Part shown: positions 48,832-61,592 of the stretch, piece by piece
How the letters are laid out: each line of letters begins with the position of its first letter
Numbering within the stretch: the stretch's first letter is position 1
Assembly (NCBI RefSeq): GCF_964194155.1
Contig: NC_135901.1
Location: 21,948,001-22,012,000, forward strand
Direction: 5' to 3'
DNA length: 64,000 nucleotides
DNA from: Cetorhinus maximus
Lineage: Eukaryota
The notes under the pieces: model-generated
Seen by the model: the letters and a program-made list of their open reading frames with translations, nothing else
Database searches by the model: none
Told to the model about the DNA's origin: nothing
Made by a program: the position numbers and the translations under genes

Positions 48832-50589
48832 GGTGCCGGTGTCCTCGTGTCCCTCCAGGTTGGATGATCAGTTTAAACCTCGTCCACACAATTTCTCCCC
48901 GCTGTGAATGGTGTGATGCTTTTTCAGGCTATGCAATTGGTTAAAACATTTCTCCTTCTATATTAAAGATTCAATGATATTGATTTATTGAATGATATGA
49001 TTTATTGAATGATTGTGACGTGATGTTTCATTTGAGCATCCCGTCTGCAAATCCTCCTATTCAAACATTATATAAAAGGAGATTACTAATGTCAGCACAG
49101 GATGGAAACTCAGAACAGAACAATTCTAGTTTCTTTTTCATTATTTGTTAATAAGATGTGAACGTCACTGGCAAGGCCAATGTTTGTTTTCCATCCCTAA
49201 TTGCCCTGAGAAGGTGATGTTGAACCACGTTCTTGAACCACTGCAGTCCATGTGGTGTAGATGCCACTAGGAAGGGATATCCAGGATTTTGACACAGACA
49301 GTGAAGGAATGATAATATATTTCCAAGTCTGACCTTGTGATGGAGGAAAGGTCATTGATGAAGTAGCTGAAGATGGTTGGGCTGAGGCACTACCCTGAGG
49401 AAATCCTGCTGTGACGCCTTGGGACTGAGTTGATTGACCTCCAGCAACCACAACCATCTTCCTTTGTGCAAGATTTGATTCCAGCTAGATGTTTCCACCA
49501 TGATTCCCATTGAGTTCAATTTTACTGGGCTTCCTTTTTGCCACACTTGGTAAAATGCTGCTGGGATGTGAAGGGCAGTCACTCTCACCTCACCTCTAGA
49601 GCTCTTTTGCCAATTACCTTAAACCTGAGCTGTCTGCTTACCAATCCTTTGACAGTGGAAACAGTCTCTCCTTATGAAGAGGATTGGAGTCTTGCAGGAG
49701 GACACAGGCGGACGAGACCATGGGAAGAATTGAACAAAGAAAGATAATTTTAAAGTATTCAGTTAGTAGGCATCTTCACCAGTACAAACTGTGGTTCACC
49801 ACTAAAAGAATGAATGTTTCTTTATATTTTTTTATTATGTGGACATCACTGGCTAGGCCGGCATTTATTGTTCTTGAGAAGGTGGTGGTGAGCTGCCATG
49901 AATGTGTAGAAGGGTGAGAGTTTGTCCCTCTAAATGCCACAAATGGACGCACAATGAGGAGGAAATCAATCTCTATCTTTAATTAACAGCAACATGGAAC
50001 GAGGAAAATGAATGTTTTTAATCACCTCATCAACTTGGAACTGAAGTGTCTGACATTCATAAAAGGAACTCCAAAAAAATAAAATACTGACAAATGTTAA
50101 AGTGGTTTGTTAATAAAATAAATTTCGAGTTAATTTTTAAAAGATAAATTGTTTACCAGGGTTTCACATTGACTCACTAGACTGGACAACTCTGGATCCA
50201 ATCCTGAAGCCCCAGGATTGGTTACAGAACCCGATGTTACCTTGGCCCTCTGAGTTGTCTTCCTGTTAGTTCCCAGCACAACCAATCAGCACTCGGCAAG
50301 ATTACACTGTCTGATAAAGTTAAGGGGTTGGGAGGAAAAAAAACAACTGAAGCCATGAATCTAAGTTGGGGAATAAAAATAGAGAAATGTTTAAAGAACA
50401 TCATTTAAAACTATTCAAATGAATTATTGCTCTTAATGTCTTCATTTTGCGAGAGACTGGAGAGGTGCGGGGGGTGGAGGTGTACAGGTTTGGAGGCGGT
50501 GGTGGGAGTTAAGAAAGTTCATTACTTTATATCATTCTATTCTTCCATGATTGTGATACATGAACTTTCCCTCCATTTATTACATAAAT

Positions 50590-51400
50590 GGCGGACTATA
50601 CGGCATTCTGCACGGCGAGGGTGAATACGGTATATCGCCATCATTAGGGCCGCAATGCACAGGCGCAGGAAGGCCCCGCCCCCTGAGACTGGCCATCTGC
50701 ACGGAGCATGCGCGCTATGGTTCCAATAAGCTGGGGTGGGGGCGCATCCTCAGCAAACGGGAATAAATAATGATTAAATAATGGGGCTTGTCCCAACAAC
50801 CAACCCCCCCCCCCTTCTCTCTCCCCCCCCCCTCCCTTTAAACCAGCTTATATTTCACCCCTCTCCTATTTTTACTTAGTTCTGTTGAAGGGTTATAAGG
50901 ACTCGAAACATCAACTGTACTCTTCTCCGCCGATGCTGCCAGACCTGCTGAGTTTTTCCAGGTATTTTTTATTTTGGATTTCCAGCATCCGCAGTTTATT
51001 TGTTTTTATATATATAAATGATGAGGCGGTCCCAGCATTCTTCGCGGTGGAAATTGTACATGTTCAAACAACAGGAATCTGTACGCATGCGCAGTGCTGC
51101 ATAGTGTTCCGAGCATGCGCAGCCTGAGCGATGACGATGCAGAGACGTTTGTTTGTCGCTGGGCAGCGGGTAAGAGGCGGCGGCGGGGAACCGGCGGGTG
51201 GGCGGAGATGGTTCATTAACACCGCCGTTAGGCCGCAAACGCCGAAAAAATACCTTCCAGTCCCGCGTTTGCAGCTCAGGGTTTTTTTTTATTTGGAGGC
51301 CTAGGTTAACGATCTCCATGTTGGTCCAGCGGGGAGCAGGGCGCATGTGAGACCATCCTGGTGACTTCCAGAGCGCGGACGGTGCTTCGGGGTCCCAGTG
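50590..51400. promoter_or_regulatory. CpG-rich promoter region of ZNF H (possibly shared with divergent G), interrupted by Penelope tail 50785-51010
   Basis: NRF1-like gcatgcgc at ~50706, ~51085 and ~51113, a GC box, and homology to 36781-37060. Confidence 0.68.
50878..50916 (+). ncRNA. Minimal hammerhead ribozyme-like motif
   Basis: AGUU CUGUUGA AGGGUU AUAAG GACUC GAAA CAUC AACU. Confidence 0.6.
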
Positions 51401-52182
51401 ACCAGGAGAGAATGTGATTGACTCATTGATTTTATTCTCACCCTGCACACAGGCGCTGGAGAACTGAACCCAGCAGAATAGAGGGAGGGAAAAACTGGGA
51501 GTGGAGGAAAGAAATGGTGGAGATTTTGCAACGGGTTTGGATTTCAGCACAGGAGGGATATAGAATCTGTGGGACGGGGGTTTACCGTTTTAGGGGAGCA
51601 AGAGAGGAAGAAAAATTCCATAGAAACTCGAATTGTACATTCTGAATTTCTATCCTGTACTCAAGGTGATGACTTTTGTAAACTCTTTTTACAGGGTATA
51701 AGAAGGAAATATTTGCAGACGGGAAGCTCAAACCAAAGTCACATCAAGATCTGATAGAGTCTCTTGAGTTAACAGACCCGAATATCATCAGCCTTTGAAT
51801 GTAGATGGAGAAATATTTACCTGTTCTGTCTCTGTCTCAACTTTAGTGTAACTGGCACCTACTGTGCTGTACCCTTTGTAAGATGCTATTCTATTTAACA
51901 GCACCGGGACACATGCACACACAAGTAAGAATGTTCCAGTACATTGACTGTGGAAATAGCTTTAACCAGTTACATGGCCTGAAAGAACTTTGCACTATTC
52001 ACAATGGAGAGAAACTGTATACATGTGGGTGTCGATGAGTCTTCAACTGATCATCCAAACTGGAGAGACACAAGGACACCGACTTCATGGAGAAACCATG
52101 GAAATGTGAGGACTGTGGGAAATGATTCAATTATCCATCCCTTCTGGAAATCCATCGACGCAGCCACATTGGGGCTGGCACT

Positions 52183-53076
52183 ATGGAGAAACCGTGGAAA
52201 TGTGCGGACTGTGGTAAAGGATTTTATTATCCATCCCTGCTGGAAAACCATCGACGCAGTCACACTGAAGAGAAGCCGTTCATCTGTTCTGTGTGTGGGA
52301 AGGGATTTACTCAGTCAACGTGCCTCATGTCACACCAGAAAATTCACACTGAGGAGAGGCTGTTCAGCTGCACTTCCTGTGGCAAGAAGTTCAGGCAGTC
52401 ATCCCATCTCACTGCACACCAGCAAATCCACTCTGAAGGCAGGCCGTTCAGCTGCAGTTACTGTGGAAAGAGATTCAGACAGTCATCCAGCCTCATTGAG
52501 CACCAACGGGTCCACACGGGTGAGCGGCCATTCACCTGCTCCGTGTGTGGGAAGGGATTCACTTGGTCATCTGGCCTTAGGTCACACCGGCAAGCTCACA
52601 CCGAGGAGAAGCCATTTAGCTGCACTTCCTGTGGAAAAAGGTTCACGCGTTCATCCAGCCTCATTGAACACCAGCGTGTTCACTCTGGGGAGAGACCATT
52701 CACTTGTTCCGTGTGTGGGAAGGGATTTACTAGGTCATCCAGCTTCCAGAAGCACCAGCGAATTCACACTGAGAAGCCATTCAGCTGTACTTCCTGTGGA
52801 AAGAGTTTCAGGCAGTCTTCTGACCTCAATGTGCACCAGCGAGTTCACACTGGGGAGAGGCTATTCACCTGCTCTGTGTGTGGGAAGGGATTCACAAAGT
52901 CTTTCACTCTGCTAATACACCAACGCACTCACACTGGGGAGAGGCCATTCGCCTGCTCTGGATGTGGGAAGGGATTCACTCAGTCATCTAACCTATTGGC
53001 ACATCAGCGAGTTCATAAGTGTCTGCAGGAGTTAGGTTCTCCTGTTATTGCTCCAGTTAATCACCTCCAAGATTGA
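52183..53076 (+). CDS. C2H2 zinc-finger protein H, 10 tandem fingers, no effector domain seen
   Basis: Intact 297-aa ORF starting [10 protein letters not shown]. An upstream duplicated finger (ATG 52087) carries an in-frame TGA. Confidence 0.9.
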   Translation: MEKPWKCADCGKGFYYPSLLENHRRSHTEEKPFICSVCGKGFTQSTCLMSHQKIHTEERLFSCTSCGKKFRQSSHLTAHQQIHSEGRPFSCSYCGKRFRQSSSLIEHQRVHTGERPFTCSVCGKGFTWSSGLRSHRQAHTEEKPFSCTSCGKRFTRSSSLIEHQRVHSGERPFTCSVCGKGFTRSSSFQKHQRIHTEKPFSCTSCGKSFRQSSDLNVHQRVHTGERLFTCSVCGKGFTKSFTLLIHQRTHTGERPFACSGCGKGFTQSSNLLAHQRVHKCLQELGSPVIAPVNHLQD

Positions 53077-53277
53077 TTGAAAATATTTGCTTTATTTCTG
53101 CTGATGTTAAACTCCAGCCAGTTATAGTGTTGTGAATATCTAGTTCATGGTTTGTATGTTTTAGAATATAACTCATAGTTTTATGAATTAGAGTTTTAAA
53201 TAGAAATTAAGGCAAAATATATGAAACTGGTAAAATCAGCCCTGAAGTAAATGAAATTCAAACAATCTTGGTGTTTA

Positions 53278-53945
53278 TCACACATCCTGGGGGTTACCAT
53301 TGACCAAAAACTGAACTGGGCTAGCCATATAAATACTGTGGCTACAAGAGCAGGTCAGAGGTTAGGAATCCTGAGGTGAGTAACTCACCTCCTGACTCCC
53401 TGAAGCCTGTCCACCATCTAGAAGGCACAAGTCAGGAGTGTGATGGAATACTTTCCACTTGTCTGGATGAGTGCAGCTCCATCAATGCTCAAGAAGCTTG
53501 ACATCATCCAGGACAAAGCAGCCCCTTCATTTACACCCCATCCACAAACATTCACTCCGTCCACCACTGATGTACAGTGGCAGCAGTGTGCATCATCTAC
53601 AAAATGCACTGCAGGAACTCACCTAGGCTCCCTTGCACCTTCCAAACCTATGGCCATTACCATAGAGAAGGACAAGGGCGGCAGACACATGAGAACACCA
53701 CCATCTGGAATTTCCCCTCCAAGCCATTCACCATCCTGACTTGGAAATACATCACCATTCCTTCACTGTCGCTGGGTCAAAATCCTGAAACTCCCTTCCT
53801 AGCAGCACTGTGGCTGTACCTACACCACATGGACTGCAGTCATTCAAGAAGGCAGCTCACCACCACCTTCTCAAGGGCAATTCGGGATGCGTAATAAATG
53901 ATGGCCTAGACAGCGATACCCACAACCCATGAATGAATAAAGAAA
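53278..53945 (+). mobile_element. LINE 3' fragment (clade not determined)
   Basis: ILGVTIDQKLNW and QVRSVMEYFPLVWMSAAP..LKKLDIIQDKAA. Tail gaatgaataa. Confidence 0.75.
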
Positions 53946-54291
53946 AATAAAATGTTGGGGCCATGTTGACTCAAGAGTATAACAGTATGAAAGATTAGAT
54001 CATAAAACACCAGGTGGCCTTAGCTAAAGAACTGGAGACATGTCACTCACACTTATTCCAGTAAAAGTTGTTATTCACGGTTTCTCAGGATTAAGGAAAG
54101 CTTTGAAATTAAAAGCTAGTTAATTTGCATTTGTACCTGTGTCACATCATCATGGAGATGGTGGAGCTTAAGGAGTGGGCTTAAGAAGAATCAATTCATT
54201 TTGATGTTTGCTGAGAGTTTTAGTAGTTGTAGTTTGGACCTGGTGTGAGCAGTTTGCAGCTCACTGAGGAAGATAGCCAAAGTAAATGACA

Positions 54292-54426
54292 CTAAGATAA
54301 AGGCAAAATACTGCGGATGCTGGAAATCTGAAACAAAAACAAAAATGCTGCAAAAACTCAGCAGGTCTGACAGCATCTGTGGAGAGAAAGATAGAGTTAA
54401 CTTTGCGAGTCTGCATGACTCTTCAA
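54292..54426 (-). mobile_element. Short Penelope tail truncated within the hammerhead
   Basis: TSD CAAAGTAAATGACA at 54278-54291 and 54427-54440. Confidence 0.82.
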
Positions 54427-55864
54427 CAAAGTAAATGACAGTTTGATGGGCCTTGTAGGGAAAATTGATATTTAATGATTATTTTTAGTTTAGATCACAT
54501 AATTAAAGCATATTGATTTTTTAACCTGGTAGTATACTATCCTTTTAAACTGTAACCAATGGACAACACCAGTGGTGAATATCACATGACTCTGCTTGGC
54601 TTCATTTGATAGAGAGGACACAATGGGATTTTAAACACAATGAGGTAATATACTAGTGAGTTAATTATAACAACTGATGAAGAGACCCTTGTTACACTTA
54701 TCTCCATATTAGAGAGACACATTGAGTAGCCGCCTTCACGGTTGAATGGGCAAGCTTATATTCCACCACATTTTAGAACCTTATCAGAACCAGGTGTTAC
54801 CAGGAGAGGGAAGGTAGGAGAGAAAGAATAGCAACAGCTGTGTCTGACATTAAGCTAGTTTTACTTTGTAGTGTTTTAGAAGAAAGCAATTAAATTTGAC
54901 TCAATGTATTCTTTGTATTAAGAACTAACTTTTGGTACAATGTGTGACTAGTTTTGTAACTGTGTAATCTTTATAGACATTTATCATTCAAGACTATGTA
55001 TTAATTGAATGTATAAGGAGACTTACTACCTTACATTTTAAACACTGATTACTGCTCCACTTATATTTCATACATACTCTGTATAACTTTTAAGTATTAG
55101 TACTTTGCAATCTTTTGTATTAGGCCTACATAGTTTTATGGTAATAAGCAACTTTTCCAAATCATCCTTTTGTTTTAAAAGTAAAGTAACTCATTCCAAT
55201 TACCAACAACCACAGAGAGAAAATCATCACCCAGCAGATGGCCTGCAAAAACAGCTATTGATAAGGGTTCTAAGAAGATGAGCTCGGGGTATCATTCATG
55301 AGGACATGATAGCATGCCTCCCCTATCCTAAACAAATGGTCACAGGAAGATATCATGATACACCCTTTTGTCTGAGCAAGAAGTTATTAAAATAACAGAA
55401 ATAATCTCTATTGAGAAGCAATATCAATTGATGACCATCACCCTTGAGGCCAATCACAGATTGATCATGCACACCTTAAGCCAATTAGAAAATAGCCTCA
55501 CCTCGTTTAGACCAATCAGAATGCAATAACATAATTGATTGCGCAGTGGGTTGTGGCTTTGAAAGAGTTAATAAGCAGCAGCTTTCACTGACCAACGCAC
55601 GCTGAATTTGAAACTGAAGACTGTTTGTCAGCTGAAAGCAGAAGGTCAGAAGCCATAGAGAAGACTGAGTGTTGACCTGTGCCCAAAGCTGAACTGGGAA
55701 ACAAGAACTATGGTACGCCTGTAAAGTCACTGCCTAGCTGTGCTAAGTATCAACTTATAATTTGTTAAAGTTTCCTGAGTTACTTCATTAAACTGTCTCC
55801 GGTTGCCTGATTGGTTATAGTCTCAAATGAACAAAATTGGAATTCAAGTTCAAAAGAACTTACA

Positions 55865-55970
55865 GGAGAATCAGGGACTGCCACTTGGTCCTCCTGTCCC
55901 ACCCCCTCTTCCTATTGGTCTGGAGCTGCCGTCAATCATCCAGGCATTGTGAGCTGTCATGTGAGGTAAT
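55865..55970 (-). promoter_or_regulatory. Orphan copy of the ZNF CCAAT promoter module
   Basis: Reverse complement tcacaatgcctggatgattgacggcagctccagaccaataggaagaggggg matches 2807-2860 and 13615-13670. Confidence 0.5.
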
Positions 55971-56064
55971 TGGATGGAACCTCCTTCTCTGCTGTTCTAT
56001 TAGGAGATTCTATGATTTGTAATAATATTATAGAATATAATAATGAAATGATTCACAGTAAACA

Positions 56065-56840
56065 TCATATCAGAATCATAGAGCACAGATGGTGGCCATT
56101 CAGCCCCATGTGCCTGGATTGTCTATAAAAACATTACCAATCTGTCCCACCCCCTGCTTTTTTCTGATAGCCCTCCAAATCTTTCCTTATTAAATAAAAT
56201 TCCAAATCAGTTTTCAGACTTACGACAGAATCTGCTTCCACCAGTCATTTGGACAATGTGTTCCAGATCATCATAACTCAGAGAAAAATAATCTCTCCTC
56301 ATCTTCACCCTGGATATTTTGCCAATTGCTTTAAATCTATCTTCTGCGGTTACCAACCATCCTGCCAATGGATACAATTTCTCCCTATGTGGATGAAAAA
56401 TCTTCAAAAACGCCCACAGCTCTATTAAATCTCTTCTTAACCTTCTCTGCTCCAAAGTGAACAATCCCAGCTTCTCCAGTCTCTCCATATTACTGAAACC
56501 TCTCATCCCTGATACTATTCTGGTAAATTTTCCACGTACTCTCCAAGGCCTTGACATCGTTCCTAAAGTGTGGTGCACAGAACTGAACACGATATTTCAG
56601 GTGAGGATTAACCCCAGCTTTATAAGGATTCAGGATAATCAAAATTGCCCTGCTTTTGCATTCCATGCCTATTGATAAATCCAAGGCTCCGATTAGCTTT
56701 ATTCAAACAGTTTGATCAACTTGCCCTGTCGTATTCTAGGATTTGTTCACTTAAGCTCCCAGGTCACTCTGTTCCTGTCGTCTGTTTAAAATTGTACCAC
56801 TTAGAATGAGCAACATAAACTTCCTTCCAAAATGCATCAT
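56065..56840 (-). mobile_element. Old CR1 3' fragment
   Basis: LEKLGLFTLEQRRLRRDLIE and a CR1-type 3' end. Confidence 0.75.
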
Positions 56841-56889
56841 TGACTGTAAATCACTTTGGGATGTTTTGATGGTGTGAAAGGTGCTAAAT

Positions 56890-59800
56890 CACAGAATCAC
56901 ACAGTGCAGAAGAGGCCCATCGAGTCTGCACTGACACATGAGAAACACCTGACCTACCCATCTAATCCCATTTACAAACATGTGGCCCGTAGCCTTGAAT
57001 GTTATGATGTGCCAAGTGCTCATCCAGGTGCTTTTTAAAGGATGTGAAGCAACCCGCCTCCACCACCCTCCCAGGCAGCGCATTCCAGACTGTCACCACC
57101 CTCTGGGTAAAAAAGGTTTTCCTCTCATCTGCCCCTCACCAAAACTGTGTCCCCTCGTGACTGACCCTTCAAATAAGGGGAACAGCTGCTCCCTATCCAC
57201 TCTGTCCATACCCCTCATAATCTTGTACACCTCGATCAGGTCTCCCCTGAGCCTTCTGATCTCCAACGAAAACAACCCAAGTCTATCCAACCTCTCTTCA
57301 TAACTTAAATGTTTCATCCCAGGCAACATCCTGGTGAATCTCCTCTGCACCACCTCAAGTGCAATCCCATCCTTCCTATAATGTGGCGACCAGAACTGCA
57401 CACAGTACTCCAGCAGTGGCCTCACCAAGGTTCTATACAACTCCAACATGACCTCCCTACTTTTGTAATCTATGCCTCGATTGATAAAGGCAAGTGTCCC
57501 ATATGCCTTTTTCACCACCCCACTAACATGCCTCTCGCCTTCAGAGATCTATGGACACACATGCCAAGTTCCCTTTGTTCCTCAAAACTTTCTAGTGTCA
57601 TGCCATTCCTTGTCAAATTACTCCTTCCAAAGTGTATCACCTCACACTTTTCAGGGTTAAATTCCATCTGCCACTTATCTGCCCATTTGACCATCCCGTC
57701 TATATCTTCCTGTAGCCCAAGACACTCAACCTCTTCTGTTGAAGAGTCATACGGACTCAAAACGTTAACTGTGTTCCTCTCCACAGATGCTGTCAGCCCT
57801 GCTGAGTTTTTCCAGGTATTTTTATTTTTATTTTTGTTTTGGATTTCCATCATCCACAGTTTTTTGCTTTTATCTCACTATTAACCACCCGGCCAATCTT
57901 TGTGTCATCCGCAAACTTACTAATTCTACCTCCCACATAGTTATCTATGCCGTACATATAAACGACAAATAAGATGGGACCTAGCAGAGATCCTTGTGAT
58001 ACGCCACTGGACACTGGCTTCCAGTCACTAAAGCATCCTTCTGTCATCACCCTCTGTCTCCTACAAATAAGCTAATTTTGAATCCACCTTATCAAATTAC
58101 CCTGTATTCCATGTGCATTTGGCTTCTTTATAAGTCTCCCATGTGGGACCTTGTCAAAGGCTTTGCTGAAATCCATATAAACTACATCAACGGCACTACC
58201 CTCACCTACACACCTGGTCACCTTCTCAAAAAATTCAATCAAATTTGTTAGGCATGACCTCCCTCTGACAAAGCCATGCTGACTATCCCTGATTAAACCT
58301 TGCCTCCCCAAGTGGAGATAGATTCTCTCCTTCAGAATTTTCTCCAACAGTTTCCCAACCACTGACGTGAGACTCACTGGCCTGTAGTTCCCTGGCTTAT
58401 CTCTACAACCCTTCTTATATAGCGGAACCACATTCGCTGTTCTCCAGTCCTCTGGCATCTCCCCCATGGCCAAAGAGGAATTAAACATTTGGGTCAGAGC
58501 CCGTGCGATCGTCTCCCTTGCCTTCTTCATCAGTCGGGGGCACAAATCATCTGGACCTGGAGATATGTCCACTTTTAAGCCTGCCAACATCTCCAATACC
58601 TTGTCACACCCTATATCAATTTGCTCAAGAACCTCGCAGTCTCTCTCCCCGAGTTCCATACCTTCATCTTCATTCTCTTGGGTGAAGACAGATGTGAGGT
58701 ATTGGTTCAATACTCTAGCGATGTCCTCTGGCTCCACCCATAGATTGCCCCCTTGGTCCCTAATGGGCCCTACTCTTTCCCTGGTTATCCTTTTCCCATT
58801 TATATGCTTTTTGGATATATTGGGATTTTACCTATTTTTACCAGCCAGAGTTTTCTCATATCCGCTCTTTGCTCTCCTAATTGCTTTCTTAAGCTCCACC
58901 CTGCACTTTCAGAACTCCACTAATGCCTCTGCTGATTTGCTTCCTTTGTACCCTCTAAAAGCCTCACATTTCCTTCTCAGCGTAACCTGAATATCTCTGG
59001 TCATCCATTGTTCTCTGGGCTTGTCACTCCTTCCTATCACCCTAGAGTGAACATGTTGAGCCTGTACTCTCCCCATTTCCTTTTCGAACGCCCCCCACTG
59101 ATCCTCTGATTTCCCCACAAGTAACTGATCCCAGTCTACCTTGGCCAGATCCTGTCTTATTTTACTAAAATCCACTCTCCCCCAATCCCAAACATTTTTT
59201 TGCAACTTGTCGATTTCTTTGTCCATAACAAACTTAAATTGTACCATGTTGTGGTCGCTATCACTAAAATGCTCCCCCAGTACCACCTCAGCCATCTGTC
59301 CGGCTTCATTCCCCAGAATTAGGTCCAGCACCGTGCCGTCCCTTGTTGGACCCTCTACATGTTGACCTAAAAAGTTCTCCTGCACACATTTGAAGAAATT
59401 CACTCCATCCAAGCCCTTAACACTATGTCTATCCCAATTAATGTTGGGAAAGTTGAAATCACCTAATATAATCCTAATCTTTCCTAATATAATCCTATTG
59501 TTATTGTTTTTACACACCTCCACAAATTGTCCACATATTTGGTCCTCAATTTCCCGCTGACTATCTGGGGGTCTATAATAAACACCTATCAATGTGGCTG
59601 CCCCTTTTTGATTCCTAAGCTCTACTCACAAAGCTTCATTCGATGTCCCCTCCAAGATATCATCTCTCCTTACTGCAGTAACTGACTCCTTAACTAATAA
59701 TGCAATGCCTCCTCCTCTTTCACCCTCTCCCCTGTCTCGCCTGAAAATTCTATATCCCGGATGTTGAGCTGCCAATCCTGCCCCTCCCTCAACCACGTCT

Positions 59801-60312
59801 CAGTGATGGCTACTATATCACAATTCCATGTGCAAATCCTCACCCTTCACTCATCCGTTTTACCTGTAATACTCCTGGCATTAAAGTAGAGGCCATCCAG
59901 CCTTGCCTTACTCCCTTGAAACTTAATGCAGCTGAACTCCCTCTGACTTGATTGTTTGACTGTATTATAATGTGTCCCTATTCTGCTAACATTCTGCGTC
60001 CCCTCCCCCTGCCGAATTAGTTTAAACTCCTCCCAACAGCACTGGCAAACCCGCCCGCAAGGATGTTAGTCTCGCTTTTGTTCAGATGTAGACCATCCTG
60101 CTTGTACAAGTCCCACCTTCTCCAGAAACGGTCCCAGTGATCCAGGAATCTAAAACTCTCCCTCCTGCACCAACTCTTAAGCCACGTATTCATCTGCGCT
60201 ATTCTCCTATTTCTTAGCTCGCTAGTGTGTGGCACTGGAAGTAATTCAGAGATTACAACCCAAGAGGTCTTGCTTTTTAGTCCGCTGCCTAACTCCCTGA
60301 ATTCTTGATGCA
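56890..60312 (-). mobile_element. CR1-clade LINE, degenerate (esterase ORF1 end, APE, RT), with Penelope tail at 57734-57875
   Basis: ORFs 60017 (DGLHLN esterase), 58909 (GVYYRPP, GDFNFP, SDH), 58072 (GNYRPVSLTS, DFSKAFDKV) and 57093. Confidence 0.92.
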
Positions 60313-60554
60313 AGACATCATCAGTGAACAACCCCACTTCTGACTTCATGATGGACGGAAGGTCATTGATGAAGCAAGTGAACATAGTTCAGCCTTGGAC
60401 ATTCCCCTGAGGAGCTCCTGCAGCTATGTCCTGGGGCTGAGATGATTGGCCTCCAATAACCACAACCATCTTCCTTTTTAGAAGGAAGAAAACAGATCCC
60501 ATTGAACATGGTTCAGTCCTGAATGTGGTTAACAGGTAAACAAAATAATAGTAG

Positions 60555-61592
60555 TTACTCGTGAACTCGCTGGTGTGTCAGTAGGTGGGATGATTGAGTG
60601 AATCCCTTCCCACACTCGAAGCAGGTGAATGGTCTCTCCCCAGTGTGAACTCGCTGGTGTCTCAGCAAGTTGGATGATTGAGTGAATCCCTTCCCACAGT
60701 CGGGGCAGGTGAATGGTCTCTCCCCAGTGTGAACTCGCTGGTGCTTCAGCAGGGTAGCTAACTCAGCAAATCCCTTCCCACACTCGGAGCAGGTAAACGG
60801 TTTATCCCCATTGTGAACTCGCTGGTGTACAATGAGTTGAGATGATTTCCTGAATCCAGTCCCACAGTGAGAGCACCTGAACGGTCTCTCGTCAGTGTGA
60901 ACACGTTGATGGGTCATCAGTTCCCCAGAACTTTTAAAGCACTTTCCACAGTCTAGGCAATTAAAAGGTCTCTCGTCAGTGTGAACTCGCTGGTGTAACA
61001 GCAGGTTGGATGAGGTAGTGAATCGCTTCCCACACTCAGTGCAGGTGAATGGCTTCTCCCCAGAGTGAAAACGTTGGTGTATCATCATGTAGGATGACTG
61101 AGCGAATCCCTTCCCACACTCGGAGCAGGTGAATGGTCTCTCCCCAGTGTGAACTTTCTGGTGAGCAATCAGGTAGGACGACTGAATGAATCCTTTCCCA
61201 CACTCAGAGCAAGTAAATGGTTTCTCCCCACTGTGAACTCGCTGGTGTGTCCTCAGATTGGATGACTGAGTGAACCTCTTCCCACACTCGGAGCACGTGA
61301 ATGGCCTCTCCCCAGTGTGAAGCTGCTGGTGTGCCAACAGATTTGATGACTGATAGAAATCTTTTCCACATACGGAGCAGGTGAATGTTTTCTTCCCAGT
61401 GTGAACTCGCTGGTGTATCAGCAGGGTGGATGAATGAGTGAATCCCTTCCCACAGTCTCCACGTTTCCACGGCTTCTTTCCACTGTGACTGCATTTATGC
61501 TTTGACAGGCCAGATGATTGGCTGGAGCCTTGTCCACACACAGAACACGTGTATGGTTTCCCCCCACTGTGAACGGTGCTTTCTCCTTCCAT
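60555..61592 (-). CDS. C2H2 zinc-finger protein I, 12 fingers (second lacks first Cys)
   Basis: Intact [19 protein letters not shown]...HQRVHE. Paralog of B, D and F, with the same upstream intron sequence. Confidence 0.9.
   Translation of the reverse strand: MEGESTVHSGGKPYTCSVCGQGSSQSSGLSKHKCSHSGKKPWKRGDCGKGFTHSSTLLIHQRVHTGKKTFTCSVCGKDFYQSSNLLAHQQLHTGERPFTCSECGKRFTQSSNLRTHQRVHSGEKPFTCSECGKGFIQSSYLIAHQKVHTGERPFTCSECGKGFAQSSYMMIHQRFHSGEKPFTCTECGKRFTTSSNLLLHQRVHTDERPFNCLDCGKCFKSSGELMTHQRVHTDERPFRCSHCGTGFRKSSQLIVHQRVHNGDKPFTCSECGKGFAELATLLKHQRVHTGERPFTCPDCGKGFTQSSNLLRHQRVHTGERPFTCFECGKGFTQSSHLLTHQRVHE

Noticed and set aside
52004-52915. 303-aa ORF overlapping ZNF H, and similar off-frame or antisense ORFs over other ZNF genes
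   Set aside because: These are shadow frames of repetitive finger codons with no independent domain signal.
53950-55850. Possible LTR or endogenous retrovirus segment
   Set aside because: AT-rich with CCAAT-like motifs, but I could not define termini, a TSD or coding motifs.
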